A stretch of DNA of 64,000 bases from the human T2T-CHM13v2.0 reference genome, Homo sapiens (GCF_009914755.1 NC_060934.1), one strand, 5' to 3'; counted from the stretch's first letter, positions 44,316 through 63,737 are shown. The notes: generated by a model not told the origin, from the letters alone. Numbers and translations: made by a program.

Positions 44316-46446
44316 GATCCCTTGTTTTATATGCTCCAAGTAAAACATTATTCACAACTGAATTCCTCAAAATTTCTTCAAACACAAACATGACTAGATT
44401 AAATTAAACGTATTGTAACATTTTTTAAAAACTGGAGAAATAAGAGTAAATAAACCCAAATAAAAAGACATAAGCACCAAAGTAAAGTATAAAAGATAAA
44501 AATTAAACCTAAAACTAGTTCCTCGAGGAAATTTAGTAAATCTATAGTCCTATAGGTGGATCAAAACAAAAAAACCACAAATGACCAATATTAGGAATGA
44601 GAGAGGTAACAATGACTACAAATTCTACAGATATTAAAAGGTCAATAAGAGAATACTATGAAAAAAGTTTATGCCAATAAATCTGGCAACTTACACCAAA
44701 TGAACAAATTCCTTTAAGACAATCTAATCTACCAAAGCTCCCTCAGGAAGAAACAGACAACCTGTATACTGTCATAGCTGTCAAATAAATTGAATTTGTA
44801 GTTAAAATTTTTCCCATAAAGAATATTCCAGGCCCAGATGGCTTTCACCAAACATTTCTACCAAACATTTAATAAACCGACCAAACATTTAATAAACAAA
44901 CAATATTAATTCTATACAAACTCTTCCAAAAAATTGAAGAGAAGATGAAACTTTCTAAATCATTCTATAATGTCAGTATTACTTCAATACCAAAACCAGA
45001 CAAAGATACTAAAGAAAACAAAGCTACACACTAATAACTTTATGAATATAGGTGCAAAACTTCTTAAAATCTTAGCAAATTAAATCTGATAATGTACATA
45101 AAAGATTCAAGTGGGGTTTGTCTCAGAAATGTAAGGTTGGTTTGTCACTTGAAAAATTAATCAAAGCAATTAATCACATTAACAAACTAAAAGAGAGGAA
45201 AAAAACACATGATTCTCTCCACAGTACACAAAGAAACATTTGATAAAATCCAACATTCATTCCTAATAAAAGTTCTCAATGACTCAGAATAGAAGCCTTA
45301 ACCTTGTAAATGGTTAGCATCAAACTTAATTGAAAGATTTCCCTGTAATATCAGGAACAAGAGACCATTTCTATTCAATTTTTTACTGGTGATTCCAGCT
45401 AGTGCATTAAGGAAATAAAAAGAAATAAAAAAACTGTTGAGATTGGGAAGGAACAGTTAAATTAGGAAGGAAGAAATAAGAAAATGATCTTTACTCACTA
45501 ACAATATCTACATAGAAAACCCTCTGGAATGTATAAACAAGGTACTAGAACTAATAAGGGAGTTTAGCAAAATTTCAGGATATAAAATCAGCATACAAAA
45601 ATCAAGTGTATATTTATACAATAGCAACAAATGACTAAAAATAGAAAATTTAAAACTCATTAACAATAGCCCCAAAATATGAAACACAGATAAGTTTCAA
45701 AAGAGATGTATAAGACCTGTATATTGAAAGCTACAAAACATTGGTGAGAGAATTTAACTAAGACCTAAATAAATGGAGAGACATACTATGTTCATGGATT
45801 AGAAAATTCAATATTGTTAAGATGTCCATTTTTCCTAAATTCGTCTATAAATTCAAGGCAATCTCAACCGTAATTCCATCAGGCAATTTTTTAAGAAACT
45901 GACATGCTGGCTCTAATATTCTTATGGACATGCAAAAGATCTAGAATAGCCAAAAAACTTTTTTGAAAGAACACCATTGGAGGATTTAAAATAAACAACT
46001 TCAAGACTTATCATAAAGCTAGAGTAATCAAGACTGTGGTATTGGTGTAAAAATAGAGAAATCAAAGTTACAGTATGAAGTGTTCAGAAATACATTCACA
46101 GACAAATGAACGACTAATTTTTGACAAAGTTATAAAGGTAATTCAGTGAAAAAACAATAGATTTACTTTTGACAAATGATGCTGGAACAACTAGATAAGC
46201 AAAAGAAAAAAATGAACTTTGATCCATAACTCATATACACAAACCAAATTAAAGTGGATCATAGATATAGATTGGAAAGGTAAAATTGAAAAATCTCTAG
46301 AAGAAAACATTGGAGAAATTCATCATTATACTGGGTTTGGAAAAGCGTTATAAAACACTATAAGGAAAAAATAAGTTGGACTGTTTCAAAATTGAAGACT
46401 CTTGCTCTTTGAAAGACATTGCTTAGAGAATAAAAATACAAGACTC

Positions 46447-46762
46447 GGCCGGGCACGGTGGCTCACACCTGTAATCCCAGCACTTTGAGAGGCCAAGGTC
46501 GGCAGATCACAAGGTCAGGAGATTGAGACCATCCTGGCTAACACGGTGAAACCCCATTTCTGCTAAAAAAAAAAAAAAAAATTAGCCAGGCGCGGTGGCG
46601 GGCGCCTGTAGTCCCAGCTACTTGGGAAGCTGAGGCAGGAGAACGTTGTGAACCCAGGAGGTGGAGCTTGCAACGAGCCAAGATCGATCATGCCACTGCA
46701 CTCCAGCCTGAGTGACAGAGGGAGACTCTGTCTCAAAAGAAAAAACAGAAAAGAAAAAAGAA
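46447..46762 (+). mobile_element. AluY
   Basis: diagnostic ACCATCCTGGCTAACACGGTG; AAAAATACAAGAC TSD. Confidence 0.9.
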
Positions 46763-47625
46763 AAATACAAGACCCAGATTGGGATGAAATATTTATATTT
46801 CATGTATCTAACAGAATATATAAGCCAAGAACATATATAAAGATCTGTTGCAACTCAATAAAAAACTGAATAGCCCAATGAAAAAAACAGACAAAGAGTC
46901 CAAATAGACACTTTACCACATAGGATATGTGAATGGCCAATAAGCACATGAAAAGATGCATTCAAGAACTGCAAATTAAAACCAAATGAGAGACCAGTAC
47001 ACACCTATTAGAATGTCTGTAGTTAAAAGACTGACCATATCAGTTAATGATGAGTATGTGGAAGAACTGGGACTCTCATACATTGCCTACATCAATGTAA
47101 AATATTGCAACCACTATGGACAGCAGTTTACCAGTTGCTTAAACATACAACTACCATATGATCTTACCATTTCATTCTAGGCACATTGAAACTATATGAT
47201 CATACAAATCCTTGTACAAAAATGTTCTTAGTAGTTTTATTTGTAATAGCCCGAAACCTGAAATAACTACACATCCATTAACAGGTGAGTGGATAAACAA
47301 ATTGTGGCATATCCATACAATGGAATAATACACATCCATAAAAGCAATAAATTAATGATAGATGCAAAAGCATAGATGAATCTCAAAAAGAAACAAAAAT
47401 CTGCACAAACCATACCACAAAAATTATAGAACACCAAGGAAGATCCTAAAGGCCTCCAAAGAGGGGAAAAAGCCAAAACAAACAGTTTATGTGGAAACAT
47501 AAGCCTTTGAAATGCTAACTAAAAATTAATTTCAAACCATTACTCTAGAAACATCTGAGATAAAATAATAAAGGTATTCTCTAACATCCGAATCCTCAAT
47601 TTTTCCCTCCCATGTGCATATTTTA

Positions 47626-50510
<2,885 letters not shown>

Positions 50511-50629
50511 AACCACTAATAATAAAAAGTGCCCAAAAATAGGCAAAATTACTGTTTTTCTTGTACCATAGAAAGTTGTAGTTTAGTAACATAATGCTAT
50601 GAAAGCTCAAAAGAAACCATAAAACTTAC

Positions 50630-50746
50630 CAATTTAGACATATTTTCTGAAAATTTTGGTGATTTTTCTCTTAAAAATGTGACAAGGTTTTTATAAATTG
50701 AACCTTTTCTCTCATAATTAACGTCCCCTTCATCATCTGTTTTGCC
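50630..50746 (-). CDS. ODAD2: ODAD2 exon 7 (117 nt) [14 protein letters not shown]...MSKL
   Basis: CCCAAAG| acceptor, TTG|GTAAGT donor, phase 0-0. Confidence 0.96.
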
Positions 50747-52985
50747 CTTTGGGAAAAAACAAGTTTCATTCTATGATTAACATAAGAACAATTGTAAGAA
50801 GCTGATCAATACATCACAAGCTAGCCACACGTATTATTTTCATCTCCGAAGGATCTATATGGTAGTTTTAATACAGGAAATGTATAGGCAAAATCCTTCC
50901 CCCTTAATTTAATGTTATCTATTTTTCCATTCATTCACTCATTCCTTCCTTCATTCAATTGTTCATTCATTCAGCAAGGCTTTACTGAGTACCTCCTATA
51001 TGCATGTAAGGCACTCTGCTGTTCAGCAGAGAAGTGAGAGCTTCCTTCTCTCCGCTCTCCTCTACTCTGAAAATGCATTATGACCTCACGAGCCTTAGTT
51101 GATGATGTCATAAAAGTCTTCAAGGTTAGAATTTAACCGTGGAAAAGCCTACATTTCTGTTTGTCACACTCTGTTCTTCTGTCTGTGGCATGGTTGCTAT
51201 AGGCTTATTTTCTAGATCTCTGTGTAACGATCTGTCCACACACCCATGTGTCTCTCTCTCTCTTCTTGTCTCTTTCCTTTCCTCATTTTCCTTTTCTTCC
51301 CTACCTCTATTGTTCTTCCATAACAGAATATATATATATAATGTATACACACATCACATAACTATATGTATATAAATACATATAACTGCAGTTTGTTATA
51401 TATAACTGTATACACAAAAACATTTCTATACGTATGACCAGTGTGTTTTAAACTTTGTTGTAATTATTGAGTAGTTTTATGGTCCTTGTCTTTCATTTTT
51501 TTAAAACTTAAAGGGATACTTAGATATCTCCATGCTAAATAAGTTATATGTATGTAGATCAATAATAACCTTTGATAGAAATAAAGACTCCCTGCCCCCC
51601 TCCAGAAGGTCAAAGAAAATCATTCCTTCTTTTGTCCCTTTATTCCTAATTAGAGATTTCGTTTTTCTAAAATATCATAAACCAAAGCAAAATCTTATTT
51701 GTCTACTGCCTCTTTGTAGAAATGAGCTCAGTGTCATGCTAATAAGAAAAGCACCAAAAGGCATGTCAGAAAGATAACTATAGGTAATCAGAAAAGAGGC
51801 TCCAGCATTTTGGTACCAACCCAAGCCAACATGTAACAACCCTCCAGGCAGTCCCCCGTGATGGCTGGGTCCCCATTAAGGACTTGGATCCTCCTTGTAG
51901 AATTTTGTTTCTGAGTTCCAAATTTATGTTGAAGATACTGAGGGCAGGATGTTGCAGAGGTGAAAGCTAAGCTCCTTCTAGCTGGTTCTGTGAATAGGGA
52001 TGAGACTGAAAGTGTTTTAATCCAGAACACTGTGTGCTGTTTATCACTCAGCTCAAAGCCCAGCCACCCAGCCTCTACTTTGTGCTACTCACGCAGGAAT
52101 CTGCAATGTCGTATTTCTCCTTTCACCAGGCTAGGTTATTAGGCTCCGTCATTAGAATCAGCTAAAGGAAGACTGAAAGGCTGGCAGAGGGAGGAGGGAC
52201 CTGCTGCTTCCTGCTGGCCCACTGTCCCTGTTAGAGTCACCCCAGCAACGGCCCTTCTTTCCACACAGTGGCAGTTGCTTCCAGTAGCAACAGTTGGTTC
52301 CAGTTTCCAGGTTTGTTGATTTTTCACGGTCCCAGAAACAGGCTCACCTCACCCCCTGGGAAATATCACTATCAGTCATCCAGTGCTCCATTTTCAAAGG
52401 TCCAGGTCCCAGCTCTGCCATCTCTACAAGGATCCTCTTCCCGAGGTATGAGCATTAACTGGGCAGTGCCCACTCTTCAGAGATCTGGAGCCCTGCCTCA
52501 TGGAGATGGTCTGAACTCTGTGGGGACCAGCACAGCCTGGAAGTGGACCCTCCCAAGAGGTCTGGGTCCCAGCTTCATAGGGCACTGTCTCCTACCTTCT
52601 ACATTTAGATAAGCCCCTCTCTTTCCCTTTGTCCCTCCAACTCTTAGGATGCAAGCTGCAGTTATGACATCTGTATTATCTCAATGTTTCTTTTTTGACC
52701 TTTCTATCATTTGGAAGCTGTGTAATGAATCAGTGAAGTGATTACGTTAAAGACATTTATAAAGTGGAATGGGTCACTTTGAAGCCCATTTCTTATCAGA
52801 TTGGCTTAATGACCTGCAGTGGAGAATAAGAGAGCTAATTCTGAAGCTATTTTGGATTTGCCCAGCAAGCATATATCAAAGGAATCTGCTTCTATCCCAC
52901 AGAATGGTAATTCATTCTCTGTGGTCATTGGGACACACCCTTGAGACATCTACAGCTAACAATCAAAGTCCACTGGCTTTAGTTA

Positions 52986-53153
<168 letters not shown>

Positions 53154-53303
53154 TCATCAAGCAATTAACAGGAGTTCCTTAACCTAGAGTTTGGTAAAAA
53201 GTGTTGGCTTCCACAAAATAAATATTGTGGAAATTTTAAGCTTTCCCCTTCTTAAACCTTCTCTTGTAATGTAGACATTGAAAGCATTTTGCAAATGTAA
53301 TTA

Positions 53304-53480
<177 letters not shown>

Positions 53481-54039
53481 TTAAATACTTTAAACAGAAT
53501 CTAGGAAACACATGAACACATTTCATTGTATCAGGAGAAATATCTTTTTTGTAATTAAAATTGCAGTTAATTTTAGCCGTGCTATAATTTTATAACAGCA
53601 CTGTCAACACATCAAGTAATTAGTGATTTATGTTTAATGCAACATTAAACGTACTCCATTAAATATTCACTTTATTTCATGCTGATAATATTCTAACACT
53701 AAAAATATTAGAAAATGAACATGCTTTGGACTATACAAACTCTACATGATATCTGCATTATAATTTAATAATTTGTGTAATAGTCTTGAGAGCATTTGAA
53801 AATAACAAGACCACCTAATGTCTTCAGAATTGCATGAAACCCCACCAGAATGTTTTCGTGATGTCACCTGCAATTTTTAATTTTTAGAACTGGAATAAAT
53901 GAATCCCAGGAAAATTGTTTGTTCCAATAAAATGTAAAGTTAAATCCATAGCAATAACTTCCATACTTTACTTTTCTTGTGTCTTTTTTTCTAAAACTCT
54001 GAAAGCAACTTTGTAACTAATTTTTAAAGGTTCCTTTTT

Positions 54040-54148
54040 AATTTTTTAATTTTAATTGTAATATTTTATTATTTATTTAACTATCTATTTTGAGACAGAG
54101 TCTTGCTCTGTCACCCAGGCTGGAGTTCAGTGGTGCAATCTTGGCTCA
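54040..54148 (-). mobile_element. severely 5'-truncated Alu with TSD
   Basis: ~60 nt Alu 3' end plus tail; AGGTTCCTTTTT at 54028-54039 and 54158-54169. Confidence 0.85.
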
Positions 54149-54181
54149 ATACAATAGAGGTTCCTTTTTGAAAAAGACTCA

Positions 54182-54409
<228 letters not shown>

Positions 54410-56514
54410 TTATCCACTTGTCTTCTAGTACAACAAACATTAAGACTAATAAATCCTTCAAAGTCCATTCAGACGTGTTTCTTTCATTAAGCTTTTTCTA
54501 AACGACCCAATTAGAATTCATCTCTACGTCTGAGATTCCATTGCTTTTAGGAACTTTCTTCTACTTCACGAGATGCTCTAGTTTGTATTGTAACATCATC
54601 TATATATCTCCCTAATAGCACAAAGACCAAGACAGTCATTCATTCTTTCTTTTTTAATTGGCCGTGGGGCATTGTTCAGAATGCACATTCAATTAATACA
54701 TTCAGAATTTATTTGAAGATGGAGAAATAGTGATCTTCTTAGAAGAATCATCACTAGAACTATATGTGCATGTGTGTATGTGTGTGTAGCAGTGCTGGGT
54801 ATTTATAAAGGCTTTCTTTCCAAAATAGCATGCTTTCCTAAGCCTACAGACCCAGTAGCACTCTTTTGCAAGTATTCAAACAGCTTAATATTTGCAATGC
54901 CATATGATCTTAGAGTTGGAAAGCACATCTAGCCATATACATAATATATACATAATTTAATTATATATATATTAAAATTATAGTGAAAAACAAATACCAA
55001 TTCATTATCAAGGCTGATACAGATGTGAAAGTTGAACCTAGAGATGTTGAAAACAGAATTTGGTTAATGTCAAAAACCAATATGGTTGAAAATGAAGGAG
55101 AAAGTGGAAAACCCTTGTTTAGAATGGAGAAATTTGAGAAAGATGAAAATATGTATGCATTGAGATGGGGGTGGAGAGGAAGGCCTATGAGACTAATTCA
55201 GAAAGCTTAACTTAAAGGAAATGAAGAAAAGTATAGTGAAGGCATTAACATTCCCATGTGGTCATGGGATATGCCAAGGCCTTAAGGCTGAGAAAAGGAC
55301 TTCACTGGGGGAGAGGAGAGCAGCGAAAAGGAGACAAAGGAATCAACCATTTATTGAGCATCTCAACTTAACAACCTTATGACTGTCATCACACAGAGAT
55401 TTACAAAAAGAGCAGGCAGATTCTGAGGAATGGCATAAACCTGACTACCAAATTGCCATGTACCATGCAACTTGGACCTGAAACTAAGGGTTATACCAAA
55501 ATTCTTGCAGAAATGGCAAAATGTAGCAAAGGATAAGTATTTAGCAAATGGATAAGTATTCAGCTATATAGAAATCTACATATTATGTCTACCAATTGAG
55601 TTGAATTGAATGAATAATCCTTCATCTATTAACTACCTCCTTGAATTCAGCTTTACTCTTCAAGACTTGATACCCTCGCCTAATAAGGAGTAATAGGCAA
55701 GGCATAAAAAGAGGTTGCCATCCTGAGGTTAGCATCTAAAAAATAAAAGTAAAAAAAAGACCATCTTCCCATCTCACACAGAAATAGGCAGAATTCAAAT
55801 ACCTTGTGCCAGAAACCCATTGGTCACATAATTCCAATAAAGCAGGACGCATACATTATCACCTATGATTAGGTACTTCTACTCATAAGAAACATTTACC
55901 ACACAATTATAGCAGGCAACCACATTCATTTTTTGCATGTTAGATGATTAGATGATAGTGTGAACATCACATATTTTTAAGAAGAAGAAAAATATTTGCC
56001 ACAAAGTTGAATGACTGTAACTATTCACAGAAGGCTGTGAAGTCCACAGTGGAATATGGCTGAGAAAAGTGGAAAGGGAGACTATTAAAGGCTGTCTCTG
56101 CTAAAGAAAGAGCCTACATTCATTTTAAAGGAAATAGATTGTCATTCAATCTATTCCTTGGCAGTATGCCGAGAGAGAGTGGATTCAGAGGCCAGCCCTT
56201 GTCATCTGTCTTCTCTATTGACACTGACCTAACAGGCTACAGCCCCCTGTGCTTTCCAGAAGCTGAGAAGGTTCTCTTTCAAACCACATGCTAAAATCAG
56301 AAACCTAGAAACTTACCAGTGGTAAGGTAGCAGGCTTTTCATTTTAAAGCAGAAATTTGATAGGAGCATAATATTGCAGCCAAGGAAAATTAATAACATT
56401 TTCATGAAGTTGTACATTTGACTTTTTACCTTGTAGATTGTAGAATCTTTTTCAAGAGACTCTAACAAATGATCCTCCCACCCTTTCCCCACTTTCCCAG
56501 CAAGATTGTTTCTA

Positions 56515-56742
<228 letters not shown>

Positions 56743-57501
56743 CTACCTAGAGGTCAGTAGAAGTTAAATTTAAGACATTTAGACAGATTATTCCTATATC
56801 TCATTATAAAATACAGAAAATATAAATACATCTGGTTAGTAGCTCATCTGTTTTCCCACTTTCTTCCACACTCAAACTCTTAAATCCTCAAACTTACCAG
56901 CAAGCCTAGTGACCAATAGGATATAACCAAGGAAGAATTTTTTTTTTTTTTAGCAATTTCTTGAATTCACAATTGAACTCAAATAGTCACAGTTTTTGTT
57001 TTTGTTTTCTAAAATGTGTTGATTTCTGGCATCTTTTTAAAAATCATTGGTTCTGCAAAACCCTTCATGCTTTGGGGAGTTCTAATGTTATTTTATTTAT
57101 AAAATTTTTACACCACAGTAATTAGTGGTTAGGGGTTTTCTTGGCTACACTGTGTTTATGAACAAAAAAACTATGAAAAAAAAAGCAAACTGAAGGCAAA
57201 CTAGATCCTCTCTGAATTCCTTTCCCACTCTAAACTTCTTTATTTGGTTTGCCTTGGGATAATAGGCAGTTTTTCTAAATGGATTCTTCCTGATCAAAAG
57301 TTATTGAGTCTCCTAGCTTTGTGTTTCCATCCATTTTAATGATTTTTTTCAGGTTGGCCTTTAAAAAATATTAAGATGTTTTCATGGAAGTGATATTTCT
57401 ATAGATTTCTACCACTTACAACATTAACTAAACTGTCTAGGTTTTGTATTACAGGAGGCTATATCTGATGAAACTCCTGACACCTTAACACCTGATCTAG
57501 C

Positions 57502-57853
<352 letters not shown>

Positions 57854-57944
57854 TAGTTCATCAGAAAAAGTAAATCTGACCAACCGAGATTACTTATTAC
57901 TGACGATCTCACTAGAATAAAAATAAGAGGATAGGAACTAGGGG

Positions 57945-58405
57945 AAACAGAATAATGTTCACATCTGAATCCCCAAAACCTATGAACATGTCACCTTACA
58001 TGGCAAAAGGGACTTTGCATAGAAATTAAGTCAAGGATCCTGAGATGGGGAGACTATTCTGGGTATTTGGAGGAAGCCAAACATAATCACCAGGGTTCTT
58101 ATAAGAGGAAGACAGGAGGGACAGAGGCAGCGACAGGGATATGCTGATGGAAGCAGCGGTCAGAGTGATGTGGAGCCATGAGCCATGAGTCATGAGTCAA
58201 GGAACATAGGGGCCTCTAGAAGCTGGAAAAGCAAAGAATAAATTCTCCTTAAGCCTCCGGAAGGAATGCAACCCTGCCGATACCTTGATTTTAGCCCTGC
58301 AGGTTCATTTTAGACTTCTGACCTCTAGAACTGTAAGATAATACATTTGTGTGTGTTAAGCCATTAGGTTTGGGGCAATGTGTTACAGCAGCAAAAGAGG
58401 GCTCA
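57945..58405 (+). mobile_element. MLT1D-like LTR
   Basis: ACCTTACATGGCAAAAGGGACTTTGCA...GACTTCTGACCTCTAGAACTGTAAGATAATA. Confidence 0.82.
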
Positions 58406-58866
58406 CAGAGGGACTTTATGAGTCCGATTCTGCTGGGTGCAGATAGGGACTGCCCCTATCACCAGCACTTCAGATAGGAACTGCACATAGAAGACATTTA
58501 GTAAACATCTGGGGAATAAATGAATGAATAAAATATTTCTAGACTTGCCAATGACATGCATTGTTCACAAAATGTATATTTTCTCTAAAATTAAGCTTCT
58601 GGAATAATGCCCTTAGGACTTAAGAGATTTTTTAAAGGCCTGTTACCTAAAGGTTACTCACATCAAGGGCTGGCCACCACACGAAGTGGATGGTGAGAGG
58701 ACTAAGTAACAGGCTGACCAAATACCAAAGATACCAAGCTACTTAACTAGAGAGAGTGAAACTCCTGGTGAGAAGCCAAAGGGCACAGGTGACATTTTTC
58801 ATTGCTCCTACCAGTTGAAGCCTGTAACTTAACAGAGAAGTCAGAAATAAAATGCCAGCTACCTTA

Positions 58867-59030
58867 ACCAGGCATGGTGGCACGTGCTTTGGTCCCAGCT
58901 ACTTGGGAGGCTGAGGTGGGAGGATCACTTGAGCCCGGGAGGCGGGAGGATGCAGTGAGCCAACATCACACCACTGCACTCCAACCTGAGTGACAGAGTG
59001 AGACCCCCTCTCAAAAAATAAAATAAAAAT
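58867..59030 (+). mobile_element. Alu monomer (FRAM-like)
   Basis: single arm; GCCAGCTA flanking duplication. Confidence 0.8.
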
Positions 59031-59318
59031 AGATTTGAAAAATAAAAAACGCCAGCTATGGACAAGATTTTGAAGAGGAAGTTTCAGTTTTCAGGCTCAC
59101 AGTTTCTAACACCTGAAGAATGAGCTCTTGGAAAGAAAAATGCTGCACTCACCTTGGGAAGATCAGGAAGAATGAGCTATCAAAAACTCCAGTGACCTGA
59201 TGGAGAAACTTTTAAACCAGAATCGTGGAAGGGAGCTAAAAATTCTGTTTATACTCTAAAGCAAGAAAGCAGAAAAGTGTCTTTTTTCTTTAATCCTCAG
59301 TATCGAGTTTAGTGTCCT

Positions 59319-59639
<321 letters not shown>

Positions 59640-61569
59640 CCATTTAGTGTCTTACTACTTAATAAATGTATGTCTAAATAGTAACATAGAAAATAAGGCT
59701 ATAGCTAAGAAACTAGCAGTCCTCAGGGACAAAAAATAAATAGCTCAGTAACAAAACTTATGGCCACTGACCCTACTACTGTGACTTAGAAATTTTACCA
59801 AAATGCAATAATTATTGTCTCATAAAACAATATTATTTTATAGGTTGAGTGTAACCTTAGAGATCATGTAAATTCAGCCTTTCATGATATCGATCACAAA
59901 GCTAAGGTCCAGAAAGGTATAAATTGTGTGTGAATTGTGCATTCTTGAGGGGAAGACAGCCATTGCTCTGGTGACCTGACTTCCTGTCCCAACTCCTACC
60001 AGAATATATTTTTATCTCGATGCATATATATCACTGAGATGCAGTGGAGTGAGATTTAAAAATAAAATATGGCAATATTATAGCACATTTGATTCAAAAT
60101 CATACTGTAGTTCTACCAGAGAAGGAAAAAAAATCAGGTAATAACATTTTCACCATGTGATTCTGAGCGCTTATCCAATTTATAAATTTCCCAAGCTACA
60201 TTAGAAAGAATCAAAGTGCCTTGGTTCTATGTACCACAGATGGTATTGCCATTGAGTGGTGTCATTTGTTCTTAGTTTACAGCAAATTTAAGTTTCATTC
60301 TGAGGTGTTTTAGGAAGACTATTAATTTCATCCTGTCTGATAAGAACAAAAGCAATTGCAAATGATAATACAAAGAGACCTATGATTTCCATGAAATGAA
60401 AGTAGAGCTATTTGACCCCCAGCCCCCACCCCAAAATTAAACGTGGAAAGATGATGACAAATGTTATAACATGATGAAAACACTGGGAATCATTCTAAGG
60501 AAAAGACCATCACGTAACATGAACAGGGCTATGCCCATCTATTCAATTAATAACGATCTGCACAAAAGGACAGAAGGCAGTTGATGAAACATAAAACCTT
60601 TCCAGTGTGTGACTAAAGTATCAGTTTCAGTATCAGATTCTCATTAGCCTAATCAGAAAAAGGATGATCAAACTTCTATTGACTGTTGCCCACAGTGCAT
60701 TTGGAATGTGCAACATCAAATGAGAACTAAAGCCACAAATATAAATATATTGCCATCAATGTCCACAGAGACCAACAAAAAAGGGGTAGCTTATCTACTT
60801 CGGCAGAATTTCAGCGTAGATAAAACTTAACTTGTTTTGGAACAAGAGGCCTGAGAGGTCTACCCACAAGGAGAGGCATCCTCCTTTACTTTAAAGTATC
60901 CAAGGACATTCCTATTTGGTAGAAACACATCCAGAGACTCCAAGCTCAAATCCTCCAGGATAATCTTGGCCTTACACATGGATGCCCAGACCTGAGTCCT
61001 GTCTGGAAGGAAAGTAGCTTCCCCACTTTCAATAAATGTATAATAGTGTACTAACAGCAGAGAAGCCAGAAGAGTGTGCTTGGTCCAAAGGGCAATGAAT
61101 GAGGTCATGGGGACTGTTTTGATAATAAATTCTTTGGGTAATTGAGAATATCTCTGGTTGACATCACTTGTTCTCATAGCAAACACTGAGTGGCTATGGG
61201 TTACTGAACTTTCTTTGGTTTGGGGAGTAGACCAAGGGGCACGGTCAAGACCTGGATGTTAAAGCATCTGGTACTTTCCATTATGACCAAAATCTCAGCT
61301 GTACACTTTGCCTTCTTCAAGGCACTCTTGGTTTTCATCAGCGCCAGGCAAGCATGGTTTCCTTCAAATACAACAGCAATACCTCTCTCTACCCTTCCAA
61401 CATCAAAGATATCAATAACGGTCAGACACAAAAAGAATGGATTGAGAAATTAGCCCAAGGAAAAGTTGTATAGTAAATATGACAGAAGTATAAAAATCAA
61501 GGGGTAATTGTTTCAAAATGTCAAAATGCCCTTCTCAGGAGGGAACACTGTGCATAAAGACTGCATGCA

Positions 61570-61870
61570 GAGCTGGGCACAGCAGCTCAGGTCTGAAATA
61601 CCAGCAATTCAGGGGGCCAAGGTAGAAGGATCTCTTGAGGCCAAAAGTACAAGACCAGTCAGAGCAACATGGTGAGATCCTGTCTCTACAAAAAAATAGA
61701 AAAATTGACCAGGCATAGTAGTATGTGCCTATAGTCCTAGCTGCTTGAGGGGCTGAGGTGGGAGGATCCATGGAGCCCAGGAGTTTGAGCTGCAGTGAGC
61801 TATGATCACTCCACTGCAGTCCAGCCTGGGCAACAGAGCCAGACCCTGTCTTAAATAAATACATAAATAA
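61570..61870 (+). mobile_element. AluJ
   Basis: diverged dimeric Alu. Confidence 0.88.
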
Positions 61871-62091
61871 CTGTGTGCTGAGATATAAGAATGGAAATAA
61901 GGCAAAAAGAATCTGGACAAGAATAGGGGGAAATAGTGATAGATTTGAGAGGTGTGTGTCACAGCCCACCTAACTAGGGGTCAGATGTGATCACGTTTGT
62001 GCTTGGAGCACAAAATTTGTACAAAGGCAAAACAATCATGATATTCTTTTCTGTCATCTGCTTTAAATGCATTTTTATAAAAAAATATTAA

Positions 62092-62378
<287 letters not shown>

Positions 62379-62531
62379 AAGTAGTTAATATGTTTTTAAT
62401 TTGTTTTACGTAGGAGATCATATTTCAAAGCTTAGGAAAAAAGCTGAACAATACAGAAATGACAACTTCTGGAGAAAGTTACCACTGGCACAGTTAGAAA
62501 TAAAATGCACCATTAGAAAAATAAGATTTCA

Positions 62532-62838
62532 GGCCGGGCGTGGTGGTTCACACCTGTAATTCTAACACTTTGGGAGGCTGAGGCAGGCGGGTTGCCTGAG
62601 CTCAGGAGTTCAAGACCAGCCTGGGCAACATGGGGAAACCCCGTCTCTACTAAAATACAAAAAATTAGCCAGGCGTGGTGGCGGATGCCTATATTCCGAG
62701 CTACTTAGGAGGCTGAGGCAGGAGAATTGCTTGAACCAGAGAGGTGGAACTTGCAGTGAACCAAGATTACACCACTGCACTCCAGCCTGGGCAAAAGAGC
62801 GAGACTCTGTCTCCAGAAAAAAAAATAAATAAATAAAT
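62532..62838 (+). mobile_element. AluS
   Basis: dimeric Alu. Confidence 0.92.
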
Positions 62839-63123
62839 ATGACTTCAAACAACTCAGAGAGAAGGCTGACCAATAGAAGAATTAAAGAGCTTTTGAAATA
62901 CAGTTTAAGAATGGTTTTGCTGCAGTTCTAAAAATGAAATTCTGACTTTATTCTCACAAATAATCCCAAAGGGAGAAAAGGGAAAAGGCATCTACAGGAA
63001 GCTTTGGCTAGCTAGGGAACTGTTTTTATATGATCAGACTTTAAAAGTTCATATCCAGAACAAAGAAGAACAAGGTGGTAGAAAATAGAATGCCTAAGGT
63101 GCAAAATAAACTGAGGCTGGCAA

Positions 63124-63177
<54 letters not shown>
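63124..63177. repeat. (TA)n(TG)n microsatellite
   Basis: direct reading. Confidence 0.93.
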
Positions 63178-63179
<2 letters not shown>

Positions 63180-63616
63180 TTGTTAGCTTACTTATTGTAT
63201 AATTATAATGCTTAATGAACTAATACATTCTTATACAATTATATTTAATTTGTTCACATAATTTATGCGTATGTGTGTGTATATATATATTTTAGCCATG
63301 TTTGAATGAGATAGATTGAGAGTTCACTGTTTGAGACAGAAGTAAATTTTTTTTCATCTCAGATTTGAAAGGCTCTAATCTGAGGACACCAGTAATTCTT
63401 AAGAATTCTCTCCCTTATATTGGGCAAAATCAAAATTCATCATTCATCACCCCTCCCCGCCGCCTCCTGCTTCTAGCCCAGGAATTGATCAATTTAAATA
63501 CCAGAAGAGATTTCATCTACATCAGAGGTCACGAAACCAATGGCTCCTGGCATCTGGCAGGTAATACGGAAGTACCCCATACATTTATAGAAATAAAATT
63601 CAGAAGAATATGGATG

Positions 63617-63737
63617 ACCTGGTGTGGTGGCTCATGCCTGTAACCCTAGCATTGTAGAAGGCTGAGGCAGGAGGATCACTTGAGGCCAGGAATTTGAGAC
63701 CACCCTGGGCAACATAGTGAGACCTCATCTGTAAAAA
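63617..63737 (+). mobile_element. Alu left monomer (FLAM-like)
   Basis: single arm. Confidence 0.8.

Larger units (their letters stand above)
40770..47400 (+). mobile_element. ancient L1M (ORF1 3' half, ORF2, 3' UTR) with nested insertions
   Basis: ORF1-like DFSSETLQTRR, endonuclease and RT-like segments (CCAGGCCCAGATGGCTTT), degenerate. Confidence 0.82.

Noticed and set aside
42593-44348. Several minus-strand ORFs up to 170 aa
   Set aside because: Broken L1 ORF2 remnants, not a gene.
51760-52740. Possible ancient ERVL-type LTR in intron 6
   Set aside because: Composition is suggestive but I could not match a family or boundaries reliably.
61170-61184. RFX X-box-like GTTCTCATAGCAAAC
   Set aside because: Mismatches to the consensus and no supporting context.
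60860-61453. Overlapping ORFs suggesting a processed pseudogene
   Set aside because: No recognisable parent protein, poly(A) tail or TSD.
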